Both the position numbers and the translations under genes were made by a program. DNA of 64,000 bases from NCBI GenBank assembly GCA_024650005.2, contig CP122380.1, positions 192,001-256,000 on the forward strand, read 5' to 3'. Below the pieces are notes generated by a model. It was not told where the DNA came from, did no database searches, and saw nothing but the letters and a program-made list of their open reading frames with translations. The DNA is from Candidatus Bathyarchaeum tardum (lineage in GTDB: Archaea > Thermoproteota > Bathyarchaeia > Bathyarchaeales > Bathyarchaeaceae). Below, piece after piece: positions 48,635-58,797 of the stretch. Position 1 is the stretch's first letter, and every line of letters begins with the position of its first letter.

Positions 48635-51600
48635 ATGTCACAATTTAATGAAATATTATCTGATAAAATAAAGTATTGGAAATGTCGGTTAATTGACTTG
48701 TCTCGTCGAAATAACCTAATTTCTTATCGTTTCACTAAATCAAAAAGCGTTTTAGTTTCTGCTCCAAACATATCTGGTGTATTTGATGCAATCGATGAAA
48801 ATAATGTAATCCTTTTTCAAAAAACTGATGATGTTGAGGATCAAACTAAAGGTTGGATTTCGTCTGAGGATGATTCAACAACTAATAAAAAACTATACAA
48901 CATCTATTTAAAAGCACGAGAAAACTTTCAGGAATTAGGTGTTAATACCTGCTTTTTGGGAATAGGATTTTTAGAATACAAAGATAGTGAATGGTCTACA
49001 GATTTAATTAAAGCACCATTAATTTTAATGCCTGTAGAAATTGAGCGAACAAAAAAAGTTTCAAAGTTTTACCATAAATTTGATATTTTCTCAGAACCGG
49101 ATGATTTTCAACTAAATCCTTCTTTAAAAGAAAAATTAGCGGCAGAGTATGGAATAAACTTAGAAGAAATTGAAGAAGGTACAGACATTTACGAATATCT
49201 AGATCAACTAAAACAGATTATTAGCCAACATGAAAACTGGAAGTTTCTTGAAGAAGTAGTTCTAGATATTTTCACCTACCAGAAATACATTATGTATAAC
49301 GACCTTGAATTAAATGACGAAAACATCAAAGAAAACCCATTAATTCGAGCGTTTGTAGGAGACAGAAATGCATTACTGGGCGATTATTCCGAAATACTTC
49401 GGGAAGAATTTAATGATGTTACTGATGTTGATGTGTTCAGTGCAGATTCTTCTCAAAAACGTGCAATTGAATTGGCTAAAGCAGGTGCAACATTTGTTCT
49501 CCAGGGACCGCCAGGAACAGGAAAAAGTCAAACAATATGCAACATAATTGCTGCATTAATTGAAAAAAAGAAGAAAGTTCTCTTTGTTAGCCAAAAAATG
49601 GCTGCATTAGATGTTGTTTTAAATAGATTGAAAGAAAAAGGCTTGGACAGGTATTGTCTTAATCTGCACGCTTATAGAGGAAATAAAAAGCAGATCATTG
49701 CTCAATTAATGGATCAGCTAGAAAATTCTCCAATAATCAAAGATTATGCAAAACAATATTCATTTTCAAGTTATCTAAAAGCTCAATCAAAAATTAATGA
49801 TTACTACAAAAATCTATGTGAAAAAAGGGTTCTGCGAAAGCTTTCCTTATTTGATGTACGTGGAAAACTTGCAAAACTAGAAGATACTCATAACCTGAAT
49901 GCTCAACTTTCAAATACACTTAACATTAATGATGAGGAATTTTTGAATCTTATCGATAATATGGAAAAGTTAGATATCATCCTAGATTCAGTTGTAGATC
50001 CTCTAAATAATCTGTACCGTTACTATAAACCAATTTTTAATACTACATATCAGCGGGCCAATCTAAAAAATGATCTTAACAATATGTTAACCTCTTTTGA
50101 AATATTATTCAACTATGTAAACTCATTGCCCATCATGAATGATGAGAATAAACCAAATACTTTCAAAGAAATGGATTTGTTTATAGAAAATCATGAAAAA
50201 ATAAACGCTTTAAAAATTCCAATCGAATTGTTATCCGACAACTTTTTCACATACCATAAATTGTTGAAAGAGATCTTTCCAATTTTTGAGAGAATCAATG
50301 AAATTAAAAGTGAAATTACATCACAGGTATCTGAAAAATTTCTTGAAATGGATACATCTGAACATCAAATTTTGCTCACAGAAACAGGCTTATTTGGCAA
50401 ACTTTTCAGCTCAAAATATAAAACTGCAAAAAAAGAACTTGATGAATTAGCGAATACACCCTTAGAAAAAAACAATTGGTTAAAGTTATTTGATAAAAAA
50501 GCCAAATTCATGGAAAACGTGGATTCATTTAATTCAATAATTCAAACAAATATTACTGTTTTTCAAAAACTAAAAATTATCGACAATCATGAAATAATTC
50601 CTGTTTTGCTTGAACTTACAACTAAAATATTAAAAATTATTGATCAATTTGATTTAGACCAGCAAACTTCACTGAATATTATACAATTTATGAAAACTAA
50701 TTCGTGCATATTTACTGAATATTTAGAGATTAAAAATAGCTTGAAGATTTTGGAGGATTATTTTGAAAATCTGAAACTTGTTGATTATGGATTCGATCAA
50801 ATTCCAGAAATTATTAAGAAATTGATTAAAGATCACGATAAAATAGACTATATCCTGTTATTTTACAAAACATTCAATGAATTGTCTACTGAATTAATGA
50901 CATTCGTGAAATTATATCTTGAAAATAGAAAAGTAGGTTCCCTGCAAAAATGTTTTGAAAAAACATATTATCTCCAATTACTTGACAAAATAGAGCGTTC
51001 AGATAGAATTTTTTCACCCAAATTACAGATTGAACAATTTAGAAACAAAGATGTTGAAACACGTAACATAAAACGATTCAAAATAATGAACACTATTGAG
51101 TCATCTCAGCCTTCGTATACTTATGACAGCTGTAGCAATAGTGAGGTTCAAATATTAAAGCGTGAAAACAGAAAGAAAAGAAGAGTAAAACCTATTCGAA
51201 AGCTATTACAAGACATCCCAAATCTAACTTTTTCATTAACACCTTGTTTTATGATGAGCCCTCTGACCGTTAGTCAGTACTTAGATTATCCTCACATACA
51301 TTTTGATGTGGTAATCTTTGATGAAGCATCACAAATAATGCCTGAAGATGCAATTCCTTGTTTTCTTAGAGCAGATCAGGCAATAATAATGGGTGACACC
51401 GAACAATTGCCACCCACCAGTTTTTTCAATCGGGGTCTTGATGATGAAGACTTTGATGAAGACATAGTGGATCTTGAAAGTCTATTATCTGAAGCAAGTA
51501 TAAAATTCCGAGAAAGCTCCTTGAATTGGCACTACAGAAGCAAAAATGAAAACCTCATTGCTTTTTCAAATTACTGCTTTTATAAAAACAGATTAATTAC

Positions 51601-53146
51601 ATTTCCAAATTCAAAGCAAGATGCAGAAACAGGGATAGATTTTGTATTTGTTAAAAATGGCGTATATGATAGAGGAAAATCAAGAACAAACAGAAAAGAA
51701 GCAAAAAACGTGGTTAGCACATACAAAAAATTAAAGAAAGAAAATCCCTCCAAAACCTTTGGAATAATTGCCTTCAGCAGACAACAGGAAAGAGCAATTA
51801 GAGATGCTTTTCTACTAAAAAACATTGACATTGACAACTCAATAGACGATATGGACGAGCCTTTGTTCATAAAAAATCTTGAAACTGTTCAAGGGGACGA
51901 ACGAGACATTATAATCATAAGCGTCGGTTATGGACCTGATGAAAAAGGCAAATTTAGTTATAACTTTGGACCTCTAAATAAAGAAGGGGGATACAAACGG
52001 CTAAATGTTGCAGTAACACGATCAAGGTACAAAACAATAATTATTTCCTCAATTGATCCTCAATTCCTTGATGAAGACAAAATCAATGTAGATGGCGTAC
52101 GATATCTGAAAAACTATCTAAGTTTTGCAAAAACTTCACAAATGCCTGAACTTACAAAAACCATTGAGGGCATAGAATTTGATTCTGATTTTGAGGAAGC
52201 TGTATATGACGCACTAAAAAATGAAAATTTTGAACTGATTACACAAATAGGGTGTTCAGGGTACAGAATAGATTTAGGTATCAAAAATCCCGAAAAACCT
52301 GGTGAATATATACTGGGAATAGAATGTGATGGGACCCAATATCATTCATCCAGGTTTGCACGAGATAGAGATAAAATTAGACAAAATGTCTTAGAAAAAT
52401 TAGGTTGGAACATTCATCGAATATGGTCTGAAGATTGGCTCAAAAATAGAGAATTTGAGATACAAAGGATAAAAACAAAAGTTGAGCAATTATCTGTTAC
52501 TCCTATAAAAGAAAGTAAAAAAAAAGAACACTTCGAGAGAGTAGAAACAGTAAATCATTTTAAAGAAGTATGTTTTGATGATATTTTTCCGAAATATACC
52601 GTGAAAGAGCTCCAAAAAATTGATTTTGATCTTGAATGGTCAAGTTCCAGAGGATATTGGTTTTATGACAATAATCTCTTGATATTAGAACGAATGCTTG
52701 ACGTTATTAATATTGAAGCGCCAATGACAAAAACATTGTTATTCCAAAGAGTTAGTAAATCGCTCTCCATTGGAAAAATAGGTAATAGATTGAATAATTA
52801 TTTTGAAATGTTGCTGGAGTTGTTAGAGCGAAAAGAGTATTTGTTTAATAACGGTTCAACTCTTTCAACTAAACCCATAAAGAAATTGGAAAGAATTAGA
52901 ATTTCAAATTCTAAACAACGAAGATTTGAATGCATTCCAATAGAAGAATTAGCTTCAGCCTGCGTTGAATTATTGAAAATAAATGTTAGCATGGAAAAAG
53001 ATGGGTTAATTCAGGATGTAGCTAGAAAATTTTATGGAAATAATAGATGTGGAACTAAAATAGAGAAAAAAATGAATGAAACAATCAGTTATCTAAAGAA
53101 AGAGAAAATTATTATAATTCATGGGAATAACATTAAGCTAAAATAA
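48635..53146 (+). CDS. DUF4011 - SF1 (Upf1/DNA2-like) helicase - Vsr/REase - DUF3320-like protein (Hhe-type defence)
   Basis: W...LIDLSRRN.L, QGPPGTGKSQT, DEASQ, HYRS, ETVQGDERD, RLNVAVTR, DSDFE..V...YRIDL...GIECDG..YH...RD..RQ..LE..GW. Confidence 0.88.
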   Translation: MSQFNEILSDKIKYWKCRLIDLSRRNNLISYRFTKSKSVLVSAPNISGVFDAIDENNVILFQKTDDVEDQTKGWISSEDDSTTNKKLYNIYLKARENFQELGVNTCFLGIGFLEYKDSEWSTDLIKAPLILMPVEIERTKKVSKFYHKFDIFSEPDDFQLNPSLKEKLAAEYGINLEEIEEGTDIYEYLDQLKQIISQHENWKFLEEVVLDIFTYQKYIMYNDLELNDENIKENPLIRAFVGDRNALLGDYSEILREEFNDVTDVDVFSADSSQKRAIELAKAGATFVLQGPPGTGKSQTICNIIAALIEKKKKVLFVSQKMAALDVVLNRLKEKGLDRYCLNLHAYRGNKKQIIAQLMDQLENSPIIKDYAKQYSFSSYLKAQSKINDYYKNLCEKRVLRKLSLFDVRGKLAKLEDTHNLNAQLSNTLNINDEEFLNLIDNMEKLDIILDSVVDPLNNLYRYYKPIFNTTYQRANLKNDLNNMLTSFEILFNYVNSLPIMNDENKPNTFKEMDLFIENHEKINALKIPIELLSDNFFTYHKLLKEIFPIFERINEIKSEITSQVSEKFLEMDTSEHQILLTETGLFGKLFSSKYKTAKKELDELANTPLEKNNWLKLFDKKAKFMENVDSFNSIIQTNITVFQKLKIIDNHEIIPVLLELTTKILKIIDQFDLDQQTSLNIIQFMKTNSCIFTEYLEIKNSLKILEDYFENLKLVDYGFDQIPEIIKKLIKDHDKIDYILLFYKTFNELSTELMTFVKLYLENRKVGSLQKCFEKTYYLQLLDKIERSDRIFSPKLQIEQFRNKDVETRNIKRFKIMNTIESSQPSYTYDSCSNSEVQILKRENRKKRRVKPIRKLLQDIPNLTFSLTPCFMMSPLTVSQYLDYPHIHFDVVIFDEASQIMPEDAIPCFLRADQAIIMGDTEQLPPTSFFNRGLDDEDFDEDIVDLESLLSEASIKFRESSLNWHYRSKNENLIAFSNYCFYKNRLITFPNSKQDAETGIDFVFVKNGVYDRGKSRTNRKEAKNVVSTYKKLKKENPSKTFGIIAFSRQQERAIRDAFLLKNIDIDNSIDDMDEPLFIKNLETVQGDERDIIIISVGYGPDEKGKFSYNFGPLNKEGGYKRLNVAVTRSRYKTIIISSIDPQFLDEDKINVDGVRYLKNYLSFAKTSQMPELTKTIEGIEFDSDFEEAVYDALKNENFELITQIGCSGYRIDLGIKNPEKPGEYILGIECDGTQYHSSRFARDRDKIRQNVLEKLGWNIHRIWSEDWLKNREFEIQRIKTKVEQLSVTPIKESKKKEHFERVETVNHFKEVCFDDIFPKYTVKELQKIDFDLEWSSSRGYWFYDNNLLILERMLDVINIEAPMTKTLLFQRVSKSLSIGKIGNRLNNYFEMLLELLERKEYLFNNGSTLSTKPIKKLERIRISNSKQRRFECIPIEELASACVELLKINVSMEKDGLIQDVARKFYGNNRCGTKIEKKMNETISYLKKEKIIIIHGNNIKLK

Positions 53147-53243
53147 TAACAAATTTTTTGATTTTTATTTTCATCATTTATGGTTCGTAAAGCATTAATA
53201 CAACTTATTTACGAAGTTTTCGTTAAAACGAGTTGGGATTAAA

Positions 53244-54209
53244 ATGAGTTTCAGTGAAAAGGAAGTTTATCAAGGTTTGTTATATTATTACTCGACCAAA
53301 TATCCGAATAATCCCAAAACCATTTTAGAAAATGATATACTGGCAGAAATTAAGTCTGGCAAAACAAGAAAGTTAGCAATTGAATCATTATTTGCTCAGA
53401 CGTTTCAAAAAGATATGTCGGAATTGAAAGATTTAGCCAAATCAAGTCCAAGCAAGCAGAATAATTATCGTGTTAAATCCATGTTCACTCGAGAAGAAAT
53501 GGAAAATTTTGGCAGCAATATACTAAACAAAAAATCAAAAGGAAAAAGCCCAACTTTTAAAAAAATTAGTAAAGTGAAGAAGTATCCTAAAGGATACTAT
53601 TTGCATTTACTCGCTCTTGATGAAGTAAGTGGATATTATAGAAGTGAAGGCGATCCCAAATGGTGGGAAAAAAGAGCGGGAAAAGATTACACTTGCACAA
53701 TTTGTCACAGATCGATTCCTAAAACCACCCGATACATTGGACAACAGATGCTAAAGCCAGGTAGAAAGGGCATATATGGCTACAAAGGAACGTACACAAC
53801 TAGATATTATCATATTATTTGTATTTTAAAGCAAAAAAAAGGTATTCTTCAAGCAAACATATCAAAGTTGGAAAATGAAATACAATCTTTGGAGCAGAAA
53901 ATTGAAGATTTACGAAGAGAAATTTCAGTAAATGAAGTGGGAATTTATAAAAATATTGAAATTATTAATAAAAAAAGGCAAGAATGTACAGAAGCAGGTT
54001 TTTTTGGTAAAATTAGCAAAAAAATCCATTTATTTTTTGATGAACGATTACTTACTAATCAAAATAACAAAATGAAAAAAATTATTTTCAAAATAAAAAA
54101 TGAAACAATTCCAACATGTGAACTCAAAATTAAAAAATCTGTCAATCTAAAAAATGCTACTAAACAATCGTTAAGACAAATAAGCGAAACTATTGAAGAT
54201 ATAATCTAA
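53244..54209 (+). CDS. Hypothetical basic protein with CxxC...HxxC finger and coiled coil
   Basis: CTIC...YYHIIC; heptad-rich C-terminal half; AT-rich like upstream gene. Confidence 0.7.
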   Translation: MSFSEKEVYQGLLYYYSTKYPNNPKTILENDILAEIKSGKTRKLAIESLFAQTFQKDMSELKDLAKSSPSKQNNYRVKSMFTREEMENFGSNILNKKSKGKSPTFKKISKVKKYPKGYYLHLLALDEVSGYYRSEGDPKWWEKRAGKDYTCTICHRSIPKTTRYIGQQMLKPGRKGIYGYKGTYTTRYYHIICILKQKKGILQANISKLENEIQSLEQKIEDLRREISVNEVGIYKNIEIINKKRQECTEAGFFGKISKKIHLFFDERLLTNQNNKMKKIIFKIKNETIPTCELKIKKSVNLKNATKQSLRQISETIEDII

Positions 54210-54216
54210 AGTTGTA

Positions 54217-54438
54217 TCAACAAGCTTTAAGGATGTTAAACATCACGTTCAACATGAAAGTCCTTATGATTTTAAAAGGCCACAAATAACTAAAAGACTT
54301 TTTCATATTTGTTAAAAATCTGGACACTTTCTCTTTTTTGATGGTTTCTTCTTCATTTTTTGTATGTGCAAAAGTAACCTGAACCAGTAAACAAATTATC
54401 CCAAGCAAAACAACAACCCTTACAGCTTTACTTACCAT
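54217..54438 (-). CDS. Small secreted/membrane hypothetical protein
   Basis: Signal-peptide-like N-terminus; overlaps stop of upstream beta-helix gene. Confidence 0.5.
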   Translation of the reverse strand: MVSKAVRVVVLLGIICLLVQVTFAHTKNEEETIKKEKVSRFLTNMKKSFSYLWPFKIIRTFMLNVMFNILKAC

Positions 54439-55682
54439 TTACTGCAACCAACTTTTTTGGACAGCCTTTTTCGACACAAAAAAGCAACCAAAGTTATGCT
54501 TAAAAACAAAGGCAAAACAAGCCATGATGGAAATTCTGGTATTTCGTTAGATATTTCTTGTTCGAGTTCAGGGTCGTTATTGTTGACGGTGCTATTGTTT
54601 GAATCTCCTTTGACTCTTATGGGTAAGACTTTGTTTTTGGTTATTGCGTTTTCAACGATGTATGCGTTTGGGCAGTCATACAAACTAATGTCCACTTCTT
54701 GGTTGTTTGTTACAATGTTTTTTGTAATGCTTGTGTTCCAAGCTCCCCATGCATAAATGCCGTCGTTTGTGTTTTGTGTTATGTTGTTTTTGGTAATCAC
54801 GTTATTGAAGCAGCACTCATATGAGCCTTGAAACGCAATGCCATAGTAATTATTTCTTAGATGATTTCTTGTTATTACTGAATTGTTTGTGGCGACAAGG
54901 AGTATTCCTTGGCTGTTGTTGGTGAGAACAAAGTTTTCGACAGTTATGTTTGTGCAGTTTACAAGAGCCACATATCCCGTGTTGACTGGCACGGTTTTGT
55001 TTTTCTCGTTAACCCAGTAAGTTATGGATTTCCCATTTATCGTGTTTGAATCATCTATGTCGCTGATGTAGGAGCTCATGTGGCTAGATGTTTCGCAGTC
55101 TATCCACAAGTTGTAGGTATTGTTGCTTAGCTGATTGTTTCTAAAAACATAAGATGGACAGTGATGAATGAAAACGCCGTATGTGTTGTTTGCTATGATG
55201 TTTTCCTCAAGATAATTATTTTTTGAAAAAATCATTGATTTTATTCCATAGGTATTGTCTGTTAGGCTATTTTGGGACAGTGTAATGTTTGTACAACCAG
55301 CCAATGATTCTGCATACGTGAAATGGATGCCATGCCTGAAGTTCTTGATGTGCAGATTCTTTATTTCCACGCTGTTCTGGCCCTGCATCCAAATACCATT
55401 AAGACTTCCATTTCCTTGAAGGGTGTGACCAGCACCATCAATAACTATGTCGCTAGAAAAAACTACGATACTGCCTGCAATGTCTCCTGTAAACGTGTAA
55501 ACATTTCCGCTACGTTGAATCATATCTGTGCCATTTACTGATCCGTTTTCCGTAATTTCGATGCTGTGCTCGGGCACTGAAGCTGGAAAAAAGTTTGCAG
55601 AAACAAAACTGATAAACTGTGGACTAATGCATACTAAAACTAGCAAAGCGATTAACGTAACTGAACACAACAGCTTCTTCAA
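54432..55682 (-). CDS. Secreted NosD/CASH beta-helix protein with PEF-CTERM tail
   Basis: TTG 55682 signal peptide (LKKLLC...), IDGAGHTLQG, NN...N repeats, IPEFPSW-TM-RKR. Confidence 0.9.
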   Translation of the reverse strand: MKKLLCSVTLIALLVLVCISPQFISFVSANFFPASVPEHSIEITENGSVNGTDMIQRSGNVYTFTGDIAGSIVVFSSDIVIDGAGHTLQGNGSLNGIWMQGQNSVEIKNLHIKNFRHGIHFTYAESLAGCTNITLSQNSLTDNTYGIKSMIFSKNNYLEENIIANNTYGVFIHHCPSYVFRNNQLSNNTYNLWIDCETSSHMSSYISDIDDSNTINGKSITYWVNEKNKTVPVNTGYVALVNCTNITVENFVLTNNSQGILLVATNNSVITRNHLRNNYYGIAFQGSYECCFNNVITKNNITQNTNDGIYAWGAWNTSITKNIVTNNQEVDISLYDCPNAYIVENAITKNKVLPIRVKGDSNNSTVNNNDPELEQEISNEIPEFPSWLVLPLFLSITLVAFLCRKRLSKKVGCSKW

Positions 55683-55735
55683 GTTAACCAACCGTTTACT
55701 TAATTTCAAAATCAAAAAAGAATATAGCATTTTTT

Positions 55736-55751
55736 GTCAAAGTTTCTTGAC
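55736..55751 (-). promoter_or_regulatory. GTCAA-N6-TTGAC palindrome upstream of PEF-CTERM gene
   Basis: GTCAAAGTTTCTTGAC (exact reverse complement of the 21135 copy). Confidence 0.75.
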
Positions 55752-55945
55752 TAATGGGTTACTCAAAACAAAATTTTAACCAATCAAAGTGTTAAAACCA
55801 CGCGTTAGGTATTTGGGACGAACTCAAATTGGAACTGTTTTCTTCTATTTTTTCCAGAACCTTTTTTATTTCCTTTTTGTTATTTTGGTTTCCTTAGACG
55901 CGGATAGAAAGCCTTAATTTTAATGGCGTATCCCAAAAGCTGTAT

Positions 55946-56038
55946 GGGTCCGTAGCTTAGCAAGGAAGAGCAACTTGCGCCTAAAGCACCGGGCTTTTAA
56001 CCCGGGGGTCAGGGGTTCAATTCCCCTCGGACCCGCCA
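55946..56038 (+). tRNA. tRNA-Lys(TTT) with ~16-nt D-arm intron (22/23; ~55969-55984)
   Basis: GGGTCCG/CGGACCC+GCCA, CCGGG-CTTTTAA-CCCGG, AGGGG-TTCAATT-CCCCT; oversize D-arm resolves to GCTT/GAGC after removing AGCAACTTGCGCCTAA. Confidence 0.92.
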
Positions 56039-56046
56039 TAACTTTT

Positions 56047-57042
56047 CTAAACATTTAATATGTCTATTTTTTTGCCAATCTTTTCTTTCAAAGCTTTTTT
56101 GTAGACCACGTTTGCTGTTGCGGCATCTTGTATAGCAAGCCCAGTAGATGTGAAAACTGTAATTTCATCACTTGAAGTTCTGCCCTGTTTTAATCCTGCA
56201 ACAATTTCACAAATGTCGCCCCAGATGTCTTCTTTTGTGATTATTCCTTTCGAAATTGGAACATTAATTTCGCCCCCATGACTGCTCTGTTCCCACTCGT
56301 CCACAACGTTTTTGGATCTTAACAAAATGTTTGGATCTAACTCTTGTTTTCCTGGAGCATCTGCTCCAATACAATTAATATGGCTCCCTTGTTTCACCCA
56401 ATCTGACGAAACTAAAGGTTTTCTTGAAGGGGTTGTCGTTATAATTATGTCTGTTTCTTGTACTGCTTTTTTAACGCTTTCAACAACACAAATTTTTAGC
56501 TGAGGATATTTTTGCCTCATTTCTTCAACATATTTTTCTGACGCTTTGGGATTAATGTCCCACACGTTGACTTCTTGTATTGTCTTAAAGACTATTTGAA
56601 GCCCCATAAGTTGAGTTCTTGCTTGGGCGCCTGCACCAACTAATCCAACTATTTTTGGGCTAGGGTTAGCAAGATATTTTGCTGCGATTGCTCCTGCTGC
56701 TCCGGTTCGAAGGGCGGTAATCTTTGTTCCTCCCATTATCGCAACTGGTGCACCAGTTTTGGGGTCAACCAAAATTATTGTTGCCATAACGGTAGGCAGT
56801 CCATGTTTTGGGTTTTCTGGATGAGAATTCACAACCTTCACGGTTACTGCATCAATTTCTTCAAGGTATGCTGGCATGGTCCGCAAATCGCCGTTGTATT
56901 TTTTCATGAACAAATACTGTTTAGAAGGCATTTGGGCGTGACCTGTTCCCTTCATTTTAAATGCTAATTCTACAGCTGGGATTGTTTCATCAATTGAGAT
57001 TAGGTTTTTTATATCCTTTTCAGACAGAACTAAAGTTTTCGT
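56047..57042 (-). CDS. ala: Alanine dehydrogenase (ornithine cyclodeaminase/mu-crystallin family); inferred ACG start
   Basis: GDLR.MPAY, VKVVNSHPENP..GLPTV, T.LRTGAAG, GAGAQA, IGADAPGKQELD, STGLAIQD. Confidence 0.9.
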   Translation of the reverse strand, partial: TKTLVLSEKDIKNLISIDETIPAVELAFKMKGTGHAQMPSKQYLFMKKYNGDLRTMPAYLEEIDAVTVKVVNSHPENPKHGLPTVMATIILVDPKTGAPVAIMGGTKITALRTGAAGAIAAKYLANPSPKIVGLVGAGAQARTQLMGLQIVFKTIQEVNVWDINPKASEKYVEEMRQKYPQLKICVVESVKKAVQETDIIITTTPSRKPLVSSDWVKQGSHINCIGADAPGKQELDPNILLRSKNVVDEWEQSSHGGEINVPISKGIITKEDIWGDICEIVAGLKQGRTSSDEITVFTSTGLAIQDAATANVVYKKALKEKIGKKIDILNV

Positions 57043-57119
57043 GTTGATTGCCTCCTGAGTACTTAATCTGTGATTTTAGTTTAATGTTACCGTGCTCCTT
57101 ACTCTTTGTCAACGTAAAA

Positions 57120-58676
57120 CTAAACAGTTCTAGTTGGTACCTGTTTTTGGTTCAACCCTGAAAGGGTTAACAATGGCTTTAACACTTTTTTGCCGTGTTT
57201 CCACCTGTAATACAAAACATACGCAAATGCTGAAACAACCCGTGCTGGCCATTGGGAAAGGTCTGGGGCAAAAATTTCTATGTTGTTCCTCCAACATGTT
57301 GCCAAAAGTTCCCATTGAAGGGGCGTTAATTGTTTCAGGTCCATGTGTTGTGCCTTTCTAAGGTTGCACTCCTCTTCGGACGTGAACAGCAACGGGACAT
57401 AGAACAGTTTATTGTGTTTTAGTTGATTTACAAGCTCAATGGTAGCGTTTGTGTCATCTTCGGTTTCGCCAGGCAACCCAACAATAAACGTCGCTAACGG
57501 CCAAATGCTGTTTTGGTTCATGATGTCAATAGATTTTGTTACTATGTCTTGCCACTCTTCGGGCTTGAATGGAAAAACTTTTCTCGGCATATATTTTTTC
57601 ATAAGGCGAAAGCTGCCCGTTTCTATTCCTACTTCGATGGAGCTGTGTTTTATGCCACTCGTAACCCAGTACGATTTTTCAAGAAGGACTGGTCCAATTT
57701 CTCGAATCATTTCTGGTTCACACACAACTGGTGCTAACGCAGCATGGGCAGGTTGAATGAATTCTACTTTTGGAATTTTTGCTATTGAATTAATCAGTTC
57801 AGAAACTGCTTGGCGGTTTGGCCTGAAGTTGTCTTTGCATTTGTATAGGAAGATGTCTTCACTTGCCAAGATTATCATCCGGGTTCCATGCTTGGCATTT
57901 ATTTCAACCTCTCTTAGAATGTGTTCTAATGGAAAAGAATACCGTTTCCGAATCATGGGGGAACAAAACTTACAGCCTCGTCCGCAACCACGGGTAATTT
58001 CTACTGTGCCAAATATTGCTGGATTTACTATTGGACAGATTTCTTTCGGGTCTGGGGCTTGAGTTTCCACAAATTTTGGAAGTTCTTCACCCTTTAGTGC
58101 CTTGCGAAAAATTTCTAGTGCAGTTTTTTCTCCCTCTCCCATTACTATGCAATCGATTTGATACTTTTTTTGAAGTTTAGCCCTGTGAATTTGCCATGCG
58201 CCTGCTCCTCCCAGAACAATTTTTGCGTTCCATTTTCGCAGTATTGGGTTTGTTATTAATTCCCTGAATTCTGCGGCTGCCACGGGTTCCCCTCCAAAAC
58301 CTACCAGAGACGTGTATGTTCGGCTCACAAATCCTATTCCTACAGGTTCCATGGTTGATATTCCAATAATTTTTGTGTTTGGTCCAACCACTTTTTTGAG
58401 ATCATATGGGTGAACAACTGCTACATGTTCTGATCCAAACTCGTTAATCAATGAAGCTTCAATTTTGCGCATTCCGTAGGGCACAAACTTGGCGGTGTTG
58501 TTTCCGTTCATTGGCGTTTTTGGGTACCAATATTTTCGTAACATAAACCTTGGAATGATTGCAGTTGGAAACCCTCCAGAAAACGCCCTAAAAGGATTGA
58601 GTTTAAAATCACTCATATCAGTGGCAGACCCTGTTAAAACTATTGGAACCCCTTGCAGCTGACCATTGTTGGCCAT
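57120..58676 (-). CDS. B12-binding-like radical SAM protein
   Basis: EITRGCGRGCKFC CxxxCxxC; PYG.RKIEA.L; GIETGS; GLPGET. Confidence 0.9.
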   Translation of the reverse strand: MANNGQLQGVPIVLTGSATDMSDFKLNPFRAFSGGFPTAIIPRFMLRKYWYPKTPMNGNNTAKFVPYGMRKIEASLINEFGSEHVAVVHPYDLKKVVGPNTKIIGISTMEPVGIGFVSRTYTSLVGFGGEPVAAAEFRELITNPILRKWNAKIVLGGAGAWQIHRAKLQKKYQIDCIVMGEGEKTALEIFRKALKGEELPKFVETQAPDPKEICPIVNPAIFGTVEITRGCGRGCKFCSPMIRKRYSFPLEHILREVEINAKHGTRMIILASEDIFLYKCKDNFRPNRQAVSELINSIAKIPKVEFIQPAHAALAPVVCEPEMIREIGPVLLEKSYWVTSGIKHSSIEVGIETGSFRLMKKYMPRKVFPFKPEEWQDIVTKSIDIMNQNSIWPLATFIVGLPGETEDDTNATIELVNQLKHNKLFYVPLLFTSEEECNLRKAQHMDLKQLTPLQWELLATCWRNNIEIFAPDLSQWPARVVSAFAYVLYYRWKHGKKVLKPLLTLSGLNQKQVPTRTV

Positions 58677-58797
58677 TTTTTCCCCATATTAGCGCGTTTG
58701 TATCGTACAACCTTTAAGAGTTTTGCTGTGCTTTTGTTTAATTGTATTCAGGCTTGAAGCATTGAATGCAGATGTAAATTAAGAAAATTCAGGAGAT

